From: Deltaproteobacteria bacterium RIFCSPHIGHO2_01_FULL_43_49
GTDB taxonomy: Bacteria; UBA10199; SPLOWO2-01-44-7
Length of the DNA stretch: 64,000 bases
Reading direction: 5' to 3'
NCBI GenBank assembly: GCA_001798075.1
Contig: MGRG01000005.1
Span: 1,148 to 65,147, forward strand
The position numbers and the translations under genes were made by a program. Shown piece after piece: positions 9,299-16,919 of this stretch. Within the stretch, counting starts at the first letter, position 1; every line of letters begins with the position of its first letter. The notes beneath the pieces were generated by a model. It made no database searches. It saw nothing but the letters and a program-made list of their open reading frames with translations, and was not told where the DNA came from.

Positions 9299-9430
9299 AG
9301 TTCTAAAATTCTAAATCCTAATATCTAAATCCTAAACAAATTCTAAATTCTAATGTTCTAAACGAAAACAAATTGTTTGGAATTTTGAATTTTGAACATT
9401 AGATATTGTTTAAAATTTAGTATTTAGTGC
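9299..9430. repeat. AT-rich low-complexity tandem/inverted repeats (TTCTAAA / TCCTAAA units)
   Basis: Directly visible in the sequence: ttctaaaattctaaatcctaatatctaaatcctaaacaaattctaaattctaatgttctaaa, followed by its imperfect inverse tttgaacattagatattgtttaaaatttag. A related motif recurs, inverted, at 55359-55393. Confidence 0.5.
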
Positions 9431-9913
9431 TTAGAATTTGTCCTTTCTATAGGTAGCATAAGAATCAGACGTTTCCCAAAGGCGCACTTCTTCGACGGGA
9501 AAACCAAGTTTCACCGCTTCTTCAAAAATTTTCTTGGCAATATTTTCTGCCGTGGGGTTTTCTTGAAAAATATACAGGGGTTCGTTTCGCTCCTTGAGAT
9601 AGGAGATAACAGGATCTTTTTCATTCAAAAGCATCTTGTGGTCGAATTCTTTATCAATCCAAGACTTGATCGCCTGTTTGATATCGGAAAAATCGTATGC
9701 CATCCCTCTTTTGTCGAGCCCTTCGGTTGCAATATCAATTTCAACACGCCCATTGTGACCATGCAGATGGCGGCATTTCCCCTCATAGTTGAGAAGCCGA
9801 TGCCCGTAGCAAAAATCAATCACCTTTGTAACGACGTAGGGCTTGCCCTGAGCGGAGCCTGCCCTGAGCTTTGCCGAAGGGTCGAAGGGCCTAGGCATGT
9901 TTTTTTTCTCCAT
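9431..9913 (-). CDS. queD: 6-carboxy-5,6,7,8-tetrahydropterin synthase (QueD/PTPS family)
   Basis: The CRHLHGHNGRVEI motif (Cys-x3-His-Gly-His) matches the zinc/catalytic motif of PTPS/QueD. The N-terminus may instead start at Met-6 (9898). Confidence 0.8.
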   Translation of the reverse strand: MEKKNMPRPFDPSAKLRAGSAQGKPYVVTKVIDFCYGHRLLNYEGKCRHLHGHNGRVEIDIATEGLDKRGMAYDFSDIKQAIKSWIDKEFDHKMLLNEKDPVISYLKERNEPLYIFQENPTAENIAKKIFEEAVKLGFPVEEVRLWETSDSYATYRKDKF

Positions 9914-10532
9914 TTAGTGTTACAACACTTCCTGTAGCACAATCAGCCTCTATCAGAAAAACCGCTGCGTTGGCAACCTCCTGAAAATTTTGATCGGGAA
10001 TCCGACCGGGAGCAATCGCATTGACTTGAACGTAAGGAGCTAATTCTAAAGCCAATGCCTTTGTTAATGTCATCAAGCCACCCTTTGAAACCAAGTAAGA
10101 AGAATAATTTTTGTAAGGTTTCTCTATCGCAGCATCCGTAATATTAATGATTTTGCCTGTCTTAAGGGAAAACATGGAACGAGCGACCCTTTGAGAAAGC
10201 AAAAAGGGCGCCTTGAGGTTGATGTTCATGTGGCGATCCCAATTAGACTCAGTGACTTCCAAAAATGGGGTTTTTTCAAAAATGGAGGCATTGTTGATCA
10301 AAATTTGAATGGGGCCTAGTTTTTTCTCAACTTCATCCACCAATTTTTCAATTTCGGATGTCTTATTTAAATCGGCTTGAAAAATATTTGTGCCAGTGGC
10401 ACGAGCCTCTTTTTCAGAAGTATTATAATGAATGGCCACCTTGGCACCCCTTTCGGCCAAGGCCAAACTGATTGCCCTGCCAATCCTTACGGCCCCTCCC
10501 GTCACCAAAGCCACTTTTCCTTTGATTTCCAC
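9891..10532 (-). CDS. short-chain dehydrogenase/reductase (candidate pteridine reductase, FolM-like, by context)
   Basis: The N-terminus MEIKGKVALVTGGAVRIGRAISLALAERGAKV is a TGxxxGxG Rossmann motif, and NNAS plus YxxxK (YSSYLVSK) motifs are present. The pteridine-reductase role is inferred only from its position among pterin genes. Confidence 0.7.
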   Translation of the reverse strand: MEIKGKVALVTGGAVRIGRAISLALAERGAKVAIHYNTSEKEARATGTNIFQADLNKTSEIEKLVDEVEKKLGPIQILINNASIFEKTPFLEVTESNWDRHMNINLKAPFLLSQRVARSMFSLKTGKIINITDAAIEKPYKNYSSYLVSKGGLMTLTKALALELAPYVQVNAIAPGRIPDQNFQEVANAAVFLIEADCATGSVVTLNGEKKHA

Positions 10533-10578
10533 AGGCGCAGAGGCTACGACAAGGCCTACAGGGGGTCAAGAAATTTCC

Positions 10579-11280
10579 ATGAAGATTGCAAAGTTTAATG
10601 GACAACCCGAGATTTATTATTCGATCCAGGGCGAAGGGAAAAATTCGGGGCGCCCAAGTGTTTTTGTCCGGCTCTCGCATTGCAACTTGAGCTGTATCTG
10701 GTGCGACACTCCATACACTTGGAACTGGGAAAAATTTAAAATGAGAGAAGAAATGATGGAGATGCCGGTTCAAGAAGTGGCTAGTGAAATTAAAAAATAT
10801 TCTTGCAAGCATGTTGTCTTAACCGGCGGAGAGCCCATGTTACAGCAAAAAGAATTAATAGAATTCATGCGGTTTCTGACAGGGAAAAATTATTTTTTTG
10901 AAGTTGAAACCAATGCGACATTGATCCCAACACCGGAATTCAATCTATTCGTTAACCAATACAATTGTTCTCCAAAATTGGCTAATTCTGAAAATTCTTT
11001 AAATCTTAGGGAAGAAAAAGGAGCGTTGGAATTTTTTTCAAAAAGTCCAAAGGCGTTTTTTAAATTTGTGATTGTTTTCCCCCAGGATCTTCAAGAGGTT
11101 TGCCAGCTCACAGATCGCTACAAAATCCCCAAAGAAAAAATCTACTTGATGTCAGAGGGGACTACTTCGGAAGAATTAAAAGAAAGGCAGCGATGGCTGG
11201 CAGGCCTATGTAAGGAAACAGGATTTCTGTTGACAGACCGCTTGCAGATTCATATTCATGGCCCGAAACGAGGGGTTTAA
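10579..11280 (+). CDS. queE: 7-carboxy-7-deazaguanine synthase (radical SAM)
   Basis: [44 protein letters not shown] matches the QueE N-terminus with its CxxxCxxC cluster. The start is placed at the in-frame ATG 10579; the ORF track extends it to 10432. Confidence 0.85.
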   Translation: MKIAKFNGQPEIYYSIQGEGKNSGRPSVFVRLSHCNLSCIWCDTPYTWNWEKFKMREEMMEMPVQEVASEIKKYSCKHVVLTGGEPMLQQKELIEFMRFLTGKNYFFEVETNATLIPTPEFNLFVNQYNCSPKLANSENSLNLREEKGALEFFSKSPKAFFKFVIVFPQDLQEVCQLTDRYKIPKEKIYLMSEGTTSEELKERQRWLAGLCKETGFLLTDRLQIHIHGPKRGV

Positions 11281-11284
11281 GTTT

Positions 11285-11827
11285 ATGGAAAATCTTGTAA
11301 AAGGCATCTTGCTGGAAATGGGGGAAAATCCCAACCGCGAAGGTCTGCTCAAAACGCCGGAACGGGTCAAGCAGATGTATCAATACCTCACCAAGGGCTA
11401 TCAAGAAGATCCAAAAAAACTAATCAATGACGCTATCTATGAACAAAAATATGATGAGATGATTTTGGTCAAAGATATTGAAGTCTACAGCCTGTGCGAA
11501 CATCATATGTTACCTTTTTTTGGGAAAGCGCATGTGGCCTATATCCCCAACGGAAAAATTATTGGATTGAGCAAAGTCCCCAGGCTAGTTGACATGTTTG
11601 CCAGACGCTTGCAGGTTCAAGAAAGACTCACGGTCGAAATTGCGCAAGTCATTAATGAAAATCTTCGTCCCAAAGGAGTGGCCGTGGTGATTGAAGCACA
11701 ACATCTGTGTATGCAGATGCGTGGCGTTGAAAAACAAAACTCAGTTGCAGTCACTTCCGAAATGCTCGGCTGTTTTCGAACGGACTCCAAAACGAGAGAA
11801 GAATTTATGGATTTGATTAGGCGCTAA
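11285..11827 (+). CDS. folE: GTP cyclohydrolase I
   Basis: [36 protein letters not shown] and [14 protein letters not shown] are hallmark FolE motifs. The start is set at ATG 11285 (MENLVKG). Confidence 0.9.
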   Translation: MENLVKGILLEMGENPNREGLLKTPERVKQMYQYLTKGYQEDPKKLINDAIYEQKYDEMILVKDIEVYSLCEHHMLPFFGKAHVAYIPNGKIIGLSKVPRLVDMFARRLQVQERLTVEIAQVINENLRPKGVAVVIEAQHLCMQMRGVEKQNSVAVTSEMLGCFRTDSKTREEFMDLIRR

Positions 11828-11829
11828 TT

Positions 11830-12774
11830 TCAGAAAATTCCTTTTTTACATAAAATGCCGAAAGCATTATCTTTAGTTTTAGCCAGATGAACTATTTCGA
11901 GACCGTTTTTGTTAAAAATCCTCTCAACAACCTTTTCATTGCTTGGTTTGAATGATTTTAGAAGAATTACTGTATCGCCATCGGCGAGCTTATAGGAAAC
12001 AATGATTTGCTGGAGATTGTCATCGTAATAAGTTGGAAGAAACTGACCGAAATCATTTTTGACGGCGCCCACAGATTTTGCATATTTTATTCCATGAATC
12101 AAAAATTCACGAACTGTTGTTTTATCATATTCCAAGCAGATTGATTGTACATCGTTCGTAGCCACGCCATCTATTGAAAAAACGGCGTAGTCACTTTTTC
12201 CTAAAGCATCCGATATATATTTTAAAACATTGTGATTTGAGAAGAGCGTTCCTTCACCACTTGCTGCAATAATATTGATGGCTCTGTGGTGTGAACTAAT
12301 TTTATTACAAACATGTTTGATATTTCCTTTCAATTCTAAATCCGTTTGAAAAAATAGCGAATAGGTTACTTTCTTTGAAAGATACTCAGAGTAATTTTTC
12401 CTAAGAATTTCAAGAAGCTCTTTACTTATATCTACTCCAATATAAGTATCTTTCTTCTTCAATTTGAACATTGCAGTGAATACCGGTATTTCAATCCCAT
12501 TGCCACTTCCAAGATGGATAAAATTAATCGGTTCATTGTCGAAATCAATTGATTGATTAAGATAGGCGGAAATTTCTTTAAGGGCGTTGATTTCACGATT
12601 ACCAACCAAAAAATCAGTATTTTGCCTCATTGTATCCCATGCTTGAGCGCCTTTTTCCAAATAAGCGAATTTAAGCAGTGATTGGCACTCATTTATTATT
12701 TTGGAAATGATGTTTTTAATTTCCTTCTTATTAGGAATAGTGCCGACAATTTCGATTTGAGGGGTGCTGATCAT
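11830..12774 (-). CDS. putative SAM-dependent methyltransferase (EgtD/histidine-methyltransferase-like?) in an AT-rich islet
   Basis: The 314 aa product contains FIHLGSGNGIEIPVF, a SAM-fold motif I-like segment. Local GC content is visibly below the surroundings. The family assignment is tentative. Confidence 0.35.
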   Translation of the reverse strand: MISTPQIEIVGTIPNKKEIKNIISKIINECQSLLKFAYLEKGAQAWDTMRQNTDFLVGNREINALKEISAYLNQSIDFDNEPINFIHLGSGNGIEIPVFTAMFKLKKKDTYIGVDISKELLEILRKNYSEYLSKKVTYSLFFQTDLELKGNIKHVCNKISSHHRAINIIAASGEGTLFSNHNVLKYISDALGKSDYAVFSIDGVATNDVQSICLEYDKTTVREFLIHGIKYAKSVGAVKNDFGQFLPTYYDDNLQQIIVSYKLADGDTVILLKSFKPSNEKVVERIFNKNGLEIVHLAKTKDNAFGILCKKGIF

Positions 12775-13017
12775 ATGCTGAATAACATTAGTATAAAGAC
12801 CTTCTCAATTCCAAACCAAAAAGTAATGGCATCATTTTAACAAGCCCTAATTCTTATTCCACCCGCTTCAAATCCGTCTGTCCCTGCCCAATATCCGTCA
12901 TCTTCTAGGTCTGATCTGCAATATAACATTAAAAGGGATGGCATAAGCTTTGCTATAGTGAAGAATGGGAGTTTTGAAAAAAACATTGCACTTTCATATC
13001 ATTTTAATATAATATTT

Positions 13018-13293
13018 ATGTACATTTGGGATGAGAGGAAAAGCCAGCAAAATAAACAAAAACATGGTATTTCCTTTGAAGAAGCAAAAGAGTTTATTTT
13101 CGAACAAAGAAATGTTCTCGCTGTTGATGTGGCCTATGACAAGGGTGAACCGAGACATGCAGTGATTGGAAAATACCAGGGCAAGTATTACGTTGGGATC
13201 TTCACCCTCACAAAGAATGGTGAGATCCGAATCATTTCAGTACGGAGAGCGCGAAATGAAGAAACAAAACAGGCAAAAGAAAAAGGGCTTTGA
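13018..13293 (+). CDS. brnT: BrnT-family toxin (type II TA ribonuclease)
   Basis: MYIWDERKSQQNKQKHGISFEEA...GEIRIISVRRARNEE matches the BrnT/DUF497 signature (WDExKxxxNxxKHGxSFEEA). The start is at internal Met 13018. Confidence 0.7.
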   Translation: MYIWDERKSQQNKQKHGISFEEAKEFIFEQRNVLAVDVAYDKGEPRHAVIGKYQGKYYVGIFTLTKNGEIRIISVRRARNEETKQAKEKGL

Positions 13294-13507
13294 CAAAACC
13301 TTTGATAAAGGTGAGGCGGCTGTTGATTTTTCTGAAGGTGCCTTGACAGAGGGCTTGAGCAAAGTTGTTAAACTCCCGCCCATGACCATTCCTTCCTGGC
13401 TGGCTCTAGAAATTGAAAAAATCTCTAAGACCCAAGCTAATTCGAGAGCTGCTGTGATTCGTCAACTGTTGGTAGAGGCGATCCGAGCCAAAAAACATGC
13501 AGCTTAA
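13256..13507 (+). CDS. brnA: BrnA-family antitoxin (RHH)
   Basis: It overlaps the brnT stop. MKKQNRQ...GEAAVDFSEGAL...TIPSWLALEIEKISKTQANSRAAVIRQLL is the BrnA pattern: a DFS motif plus a C-terminal ribbon-helix-helix. Confidence 0.6.
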   Translation: MKKQNRQKKKGFDKTFDKGEAAVDFSEGALTEGLSKVVKLPPMTIPSWLALEIEKISKTQANSRAAVIRQLLVEAIRAKKHAA

Positions 13508-13518
13508 AAGGAGGTTTT

Positions 13519-13989
13519 ATGGCAAATAAAGAAATTATGGAAGGAGATGCAGCACCCGATTTTAAATTACCCGCGAATAATGGGGGAGAGGTCAGCCTAA
13601 CTAGTCTTAAAGGGAAATGGGTCGTTCTTTATTTTTATCCAAAAGACGATACCCCTGGCTGTACAAGAGAGGCTTGTAATTTCCGCGACACCAAAACAAA
13701 ATGGACCAAAAAAGGAGCAGTGGTTTTAGGGGTCAGTAAAGACAATGCTGCCTCTCACCAAAAATTCATCGATAAATATAATCTCAATTTTCTTTTACTC
13801 TCCGACATCGATGGGAAAGTGATCGAAAAATATGGGGCCTTCAAAAAGAAAAGCATGTTCGGAAAAACATTTTTAGGAATTAACCGCTCTACTTTTTTAA
13901 TCAACCCCGAAGGAAAAATCCAAAAAATTTGGCGCAGCGTCAAAGTCGACGGGCATGAAGAAGAGGTGTTAAAGGAAATTGGCGGTTGA
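13519..13989 (+). CDS. bcp: peroxiredoxin Bcp (thiol peroxidase)
   Basis: VVLYFYPKDDTPGCTREAC is the Bcp/PrxQ active-site motif. The gene is preceded by a GGAGG Shine-Dalgarno. Confidence 0.9.
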   Translation: MANKEIMEGDAAPDFKLPANNGGEVSLTSLKGKWVVLYFYPKDDTPGCTREACNFRDTKTKWTKKGAVVLGVSKDNAASHQKFIDKYNLNFLLLSDIDGKVIEKYGAFKKKSMFGKTFLGINRSTFLINPEGKIQKIWRSVKVDGHEEEVLKEIGG

Positions 13990-14997
13990 GTTTCCTATCC
14001 GTACTTCCTTAAGACTTAAAGAGGCATAACGAATATAACCTAGTGCAATAGGACTGCTGAATTTCGGTGAAAAGCAGCTTGAAGTGACGGTCCCAATTTC
14101 TTGGCCATCTTCTGAAAAAATCTTTTCTCCCCTTTGTGGGATTTTATCACCTTCCAATTTCAATGATCTTAACTGTTTTCCAACATGTCCTCGGTGCTCC
14201 AACCTTGCAATCACCTCTTGACCCACATAACAACCTTTGTTGAAGCTCAGCGCCGTATAGAGATTAGCTTCCTGCGGAATCGTATTTTCATCCATATCAA
14301 CACCAAACAAGGGCGTGGCCGATTCGATGCGAAGGACTTCTTGGGTTTCTGGATCCAACTCTGGAACGTTCAGTTTTGATTTTAAACTGGGTAGTTGATC
14401 ACGAGCCACCCACATTTCAAACGCCGGCAAACCCCACATTGTTTTTCGAATCATCCAAATTTTAAACCCCTCCCACTCCACGAAATCGTAATCATAATTT
14501 GCACGGAGAGAAAGAGTCGGGTCCTGCCCCTCCGTGTTGCCATGGGGGCCCCTAACAAAACCCCATGGCCAACACTGCGGGTCACCCAACCCTTTCTCTC
14601 CATTCACTTTGGGTCCAATCACCGCACAAGTCCCCCATTTGTCTGTCTGATCAAACAATTCCACTTTTTGAAAAATGATATATTTTTTGAGCGTTTCTAA
14701 AAGAGTCAGTTTGAGTTTCGAGCTACAATCAATCCCAAAATAGTTTTCGCTGCGCCCGCCAGGTTGTAGTGGAGGGCAGTTATAACAAAATAAGTCGGCA
14801 ATCATTTTCCCTTTGGGTGTGCAAAGACAGGAGTAGCAACCTGTTTTGGGCTGGAGAGTCTGAATATTGTTGGTGAGAATGCCGTTTAAAAATTTTTTAG
14901 AATCGCCCCCCTTCACTTCAACCCAACAACGATCAGATAGATCCACAAGACCCATATTTTGTGTAACTTGATTGTATATTTCTGAATGCATGTTCAA
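13969..14997 (-). CDS. folate-binding YgfZ-like / aminomethyltransferase (GcvT) family protein carrying an in-frame repeat-derived insertion
   Basis: The C-terminal KGCYVGQE motif is typical of YgfZ/GcvT. The internal segment GLGDPQCWPWGFVRGPHGNTEGQDPTLS is encoded by a copy of repeat family 1. Confidence 0.65.
   Translation of the reverse strand: MNMHSEIYNQVTQNMGLVDLSDRCWVEVKGGDSKKFLNGILTNNIQTLQPKTGCYSCLCTPKGKMIADLFCYNCPPLQPGGRSENYFGIDCSSKLKLTLLETLKKYIIFQKVELFDQTDKWGTCAVIGPKVNGEKGLGDPQCWPWGFVRGPHGNTEGQDPTLSLRANYDYDFVEWEGFKIWMIRKTMWGLPAFEMWVARDQLPSLKSKLNVPELDPETQEVLRIESATPLFGVDMDENTIPQEANLYTALSFNKGCYVGQEVIARLEHRGHVGKQLRSLKLEGDKIPQRGEKIFSEDGQEIGTVTSSCFSPKFSSPIALGYIRYASLSLKEVRIGNSTANFL
14519..14596. 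repeat. family-1 palindromic element, degenerate copy B, inside a CDS
   Basis: gggtcctgcccctccgtgttgccatgggggcccctaacaaaaccccatggccaacac aligns to the reverse complement of the copy A/C cores. The terminal inverted repeats are degraded. Confidence 0.5.
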
Positions 14998-15004
14998 AAA
15001 AAAT

Positions 15005-15093
15005 TAAAAAGTGGCGGGTGGCCCGGAGTGTTTGTTGTGGGGTTTAGTTAGGGGCCCCCACAAAAACACGGAGGGACAGGACCCGTTACTTTT
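15005..15093. repeat. MITE-like palindromic element, family 1, copy C
   Basis: aaaaagtggcgggtggcccggagtgtttgttgtggggtttagttaggggcccccacaaaaacacggagggacaggacccgttacttttt is near-identical to copy A. Confidence 0.6.
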
Positions 15094-15148
15094 TACTCCA
15101 CTCATATCCTTGTTTTCTACACTGTTTTCCGTTAAATCGTCAACGTTC

Positions 15149-16315
15149 ATGAATCCCTATCTTTCTTTGCGTCTCTTCTATCTTTTTTATTTCGCTATCA
15201 TCGGTGTGTTGACTCCTTACTTTCCAGTTTTTCTAAAAGAACAGGGTTTAAGAGCATCACAAATTGGTCTTGTGATGGCGGCTTGGCCGGTTGCTAAACT
15301 GGTCGGCCCCATTTTTATGTCCAACCTTGCTGATCGTCTTAACAAACGGCTCTTCTTTATCCAAATGGGAGCCCTTTTTTGTGCCATAACCTATCTCGGT
15401 TTTTTTAAAGCCAGTGGTGTTTGGAGTTTTTTGTTGGTCATGTTTATTTTTTCCTTTTTTCGAATGAATATTTTGCCCTTGGGAGAAGCTATCGCCATGG
15501 AATATTGTGAGCATCATCAAAAAGAATATGGAAAGATCCGCTATTGGGGTTCTGTCGGTTTTATCGCCGCCTCATTTTTATTCGGCTGGTTGATTGATTA
15601 TTTTTCGATTCACATCGTTCTTTGGGGAATGTTGGTAATTGCCATCTTGCAATGGACATCCACTTTTTCTCTTCCCCCCACTCACAACCCCGCACAAAAA
15701 AAAGAGTACAGCTTGAAACCTTTTTGGAACAAAGCGATCATCGGATTCTTGATCAATAGCGTTTTTCGAGTCGTTTCGTTTGGGATCTACTACACTTTTT
15801 TTAGCATCTGGATGCACTCCCGCGGATATTCTTCCAGTGTGATTGGGTTTTGCTGGGCCATAGCGGTGCTAAGCGAGGTTTTTGTCATGATCTGGTTTAC
15901 CCAGCTGACAAAACGTTTTAGTTTGAAAGAAATCATGGGATGGAGTTTGGTCCTCACAGTTTTGCGCTGGTTAATTTTGGGATCAACCGCTTGGCTTCCC
16001 GCCATTTTGTTTTCGCAACTGTTACATGCCTTCACTTTTGGGGCTTATCATTTGGCGGCGATTTCTTATATGTATCAGCACACCCCTTCGCATTTACGCT
16101 CCACCGGTCAGGCTATCTATACCAGTGTTAGTTTTGGACTGGGGAGTGCCATTGGTTTTTGGGGACTCTCTTATTTAAAAGAATATTTTAGTTTTGAAAC
16201 GATGTTTTTGATTTGCGCAGGCATTGCGGCACTGGGTCTTCCTTTTACAAAATGGTTCAAAGAGCAGAAAGGGATGCCCTCCCCCATCGTCGGGATGGCT
16301 GCTGATCAGACTTAA
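15149..16315 (+). CDS. MFS transporter (HcaT/PPP-family-like)
   Basis: The product has twelve predicted hydrophobic helices. The N-terminus MNPYLSLRLFYLFYFAIIGVLTPYFPVFL is typical of this MFS subfamily. The ORF-track extension to 15011 is translation of repeat copy C. Confidence 0.7.
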   Translation: MNPYLSLRLFYLFYFAIIGVLTPYFPVFLKEQGLRASQIGLVMAAWPVAKLVGPIFMSNLADRLNKRLFFIQMGALFCAITYLGFFKASGVWSFLLVMFIFSFFRMNILPLGEAIAMEYCEHHQKEYGKIRYWGSVGFIAASFLFGWLIDYFSIHIVLWGMLVIAILQWTSTFSLPPTHNPAQKKEYSLKPFWNKAIIGFLINSVFRVVSFGIYYTFFSIWMHSRGYSSSVIGFCWAIAVLSEVFVMIWFTQLTKRFSLKEIMGWSLVLTVLRWLILGSTAWLPAILFSQLLHAFTFGAYHLAAISYMYQHTPSHLRSTGQAIYTSVSFGLGSAIGFWGLSYLKEYFSFETMFLICAGIAALGLPFTKWFKEQKGMPSPIVGMAADQT

Positions 16316-16342
16316 AAGGACCCGCAACTTTTTTATCATCTT

Positions 16343-16645
16343 TTAAAAAGTTCTTAAGCGCTCGACCGGTTTTCCTGTCATCAGGTGAGATTCTATAATT
16401 TCGTGGACATCTTCGAGAGTGACTTTGCCATACCAAACCCCTTCGGGATAAACCACCATCGAGACTCCCTTGGAACATTGATCAAGGCACCCCGCTTTGT
16501 TGACACGGATTTTTCCAGCCAAACCTCTCTTTTTGATTTCTTCCTTCATCGCATCCACAATGGCCTCCGAGCCTTTGGCCGCACAACATTCTTTGCCAGG
16601 ATCGCGTTTGTTGATGCAAATGAAGATATGTTTTTCAAATCGCAT
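16343..16645 (-). CDS. thioredoxin-like [2Fe-2S] ferredoxin
   Basis: The 100 aa product has the Cys pattern CINKR...CC...GC...C (IFICINKRDPGKECCAAKGSE...AGCLDQCSKG), typical of thioredoxin-like ferredoxins. Confidence 0.65.
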   Translation of the reverse strand: MRFEKHIFICINKRDPGKECCAAKGSEAIVDAMKEEIKKRGLAGKIRVNKAGCLDQCSKGVSMVVYPEGVWYGKVTLEDVHEIIESHLMTGKPVERLRTF

Positions 16646-16655
16646 GTAACATAGT

Positions 16656-16919
16656 TAGCATCAGCTTTAGCAGACGTCAACAAAGGGAAAATCACCAATA
16701 ACCAAAATCCAAGTTCCAGATAAATTCCAATTACCAAACACCGGTAACCAAACATTGTTTCATTAATTGGTTATTGGGCATTGGTTATTGTTTGGTGTTT
16801 GAAATTTGGTGATTGGTTATTTGGCTTCTTTTACTTTTAAGATTCAGTTTCTTTCATTATTGGTAATTGATTATTGGTGATTATTTGGTTATTGGTAGTT
16901 GGTGATTGGTAATTAAACG
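16656..16919. promoter_or_regulatory. divergent intergenic region filled with TTGGTAATTGG / GGTTATTGG direct and inverted repeats
   Basis: The repeats are directly visible: accaataaccaaa...ccaattaccaaacaccggtaaccaaa...ttggttattgggcattggttattgtttggtg...ttggtaattgattattggtgattatttggttattggtagttggtgattggtaatt. Confidence 0.4.

Noticed and set aside
9299-9430. CRISPR array
   Set aside because: The repeat units are only 7-9 bp, degenerate and contiguous, without unique spacers of 25-40 bp. No cas genes are present in the window.
11830-13507. Prophage or integrative element
   Set aside because: No integrase, transposase, tRNA or phage structural gene is visible, and I found no flanking direct repeats. 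Only low GC and a toxin-antitoxin pair, which is insufficient.
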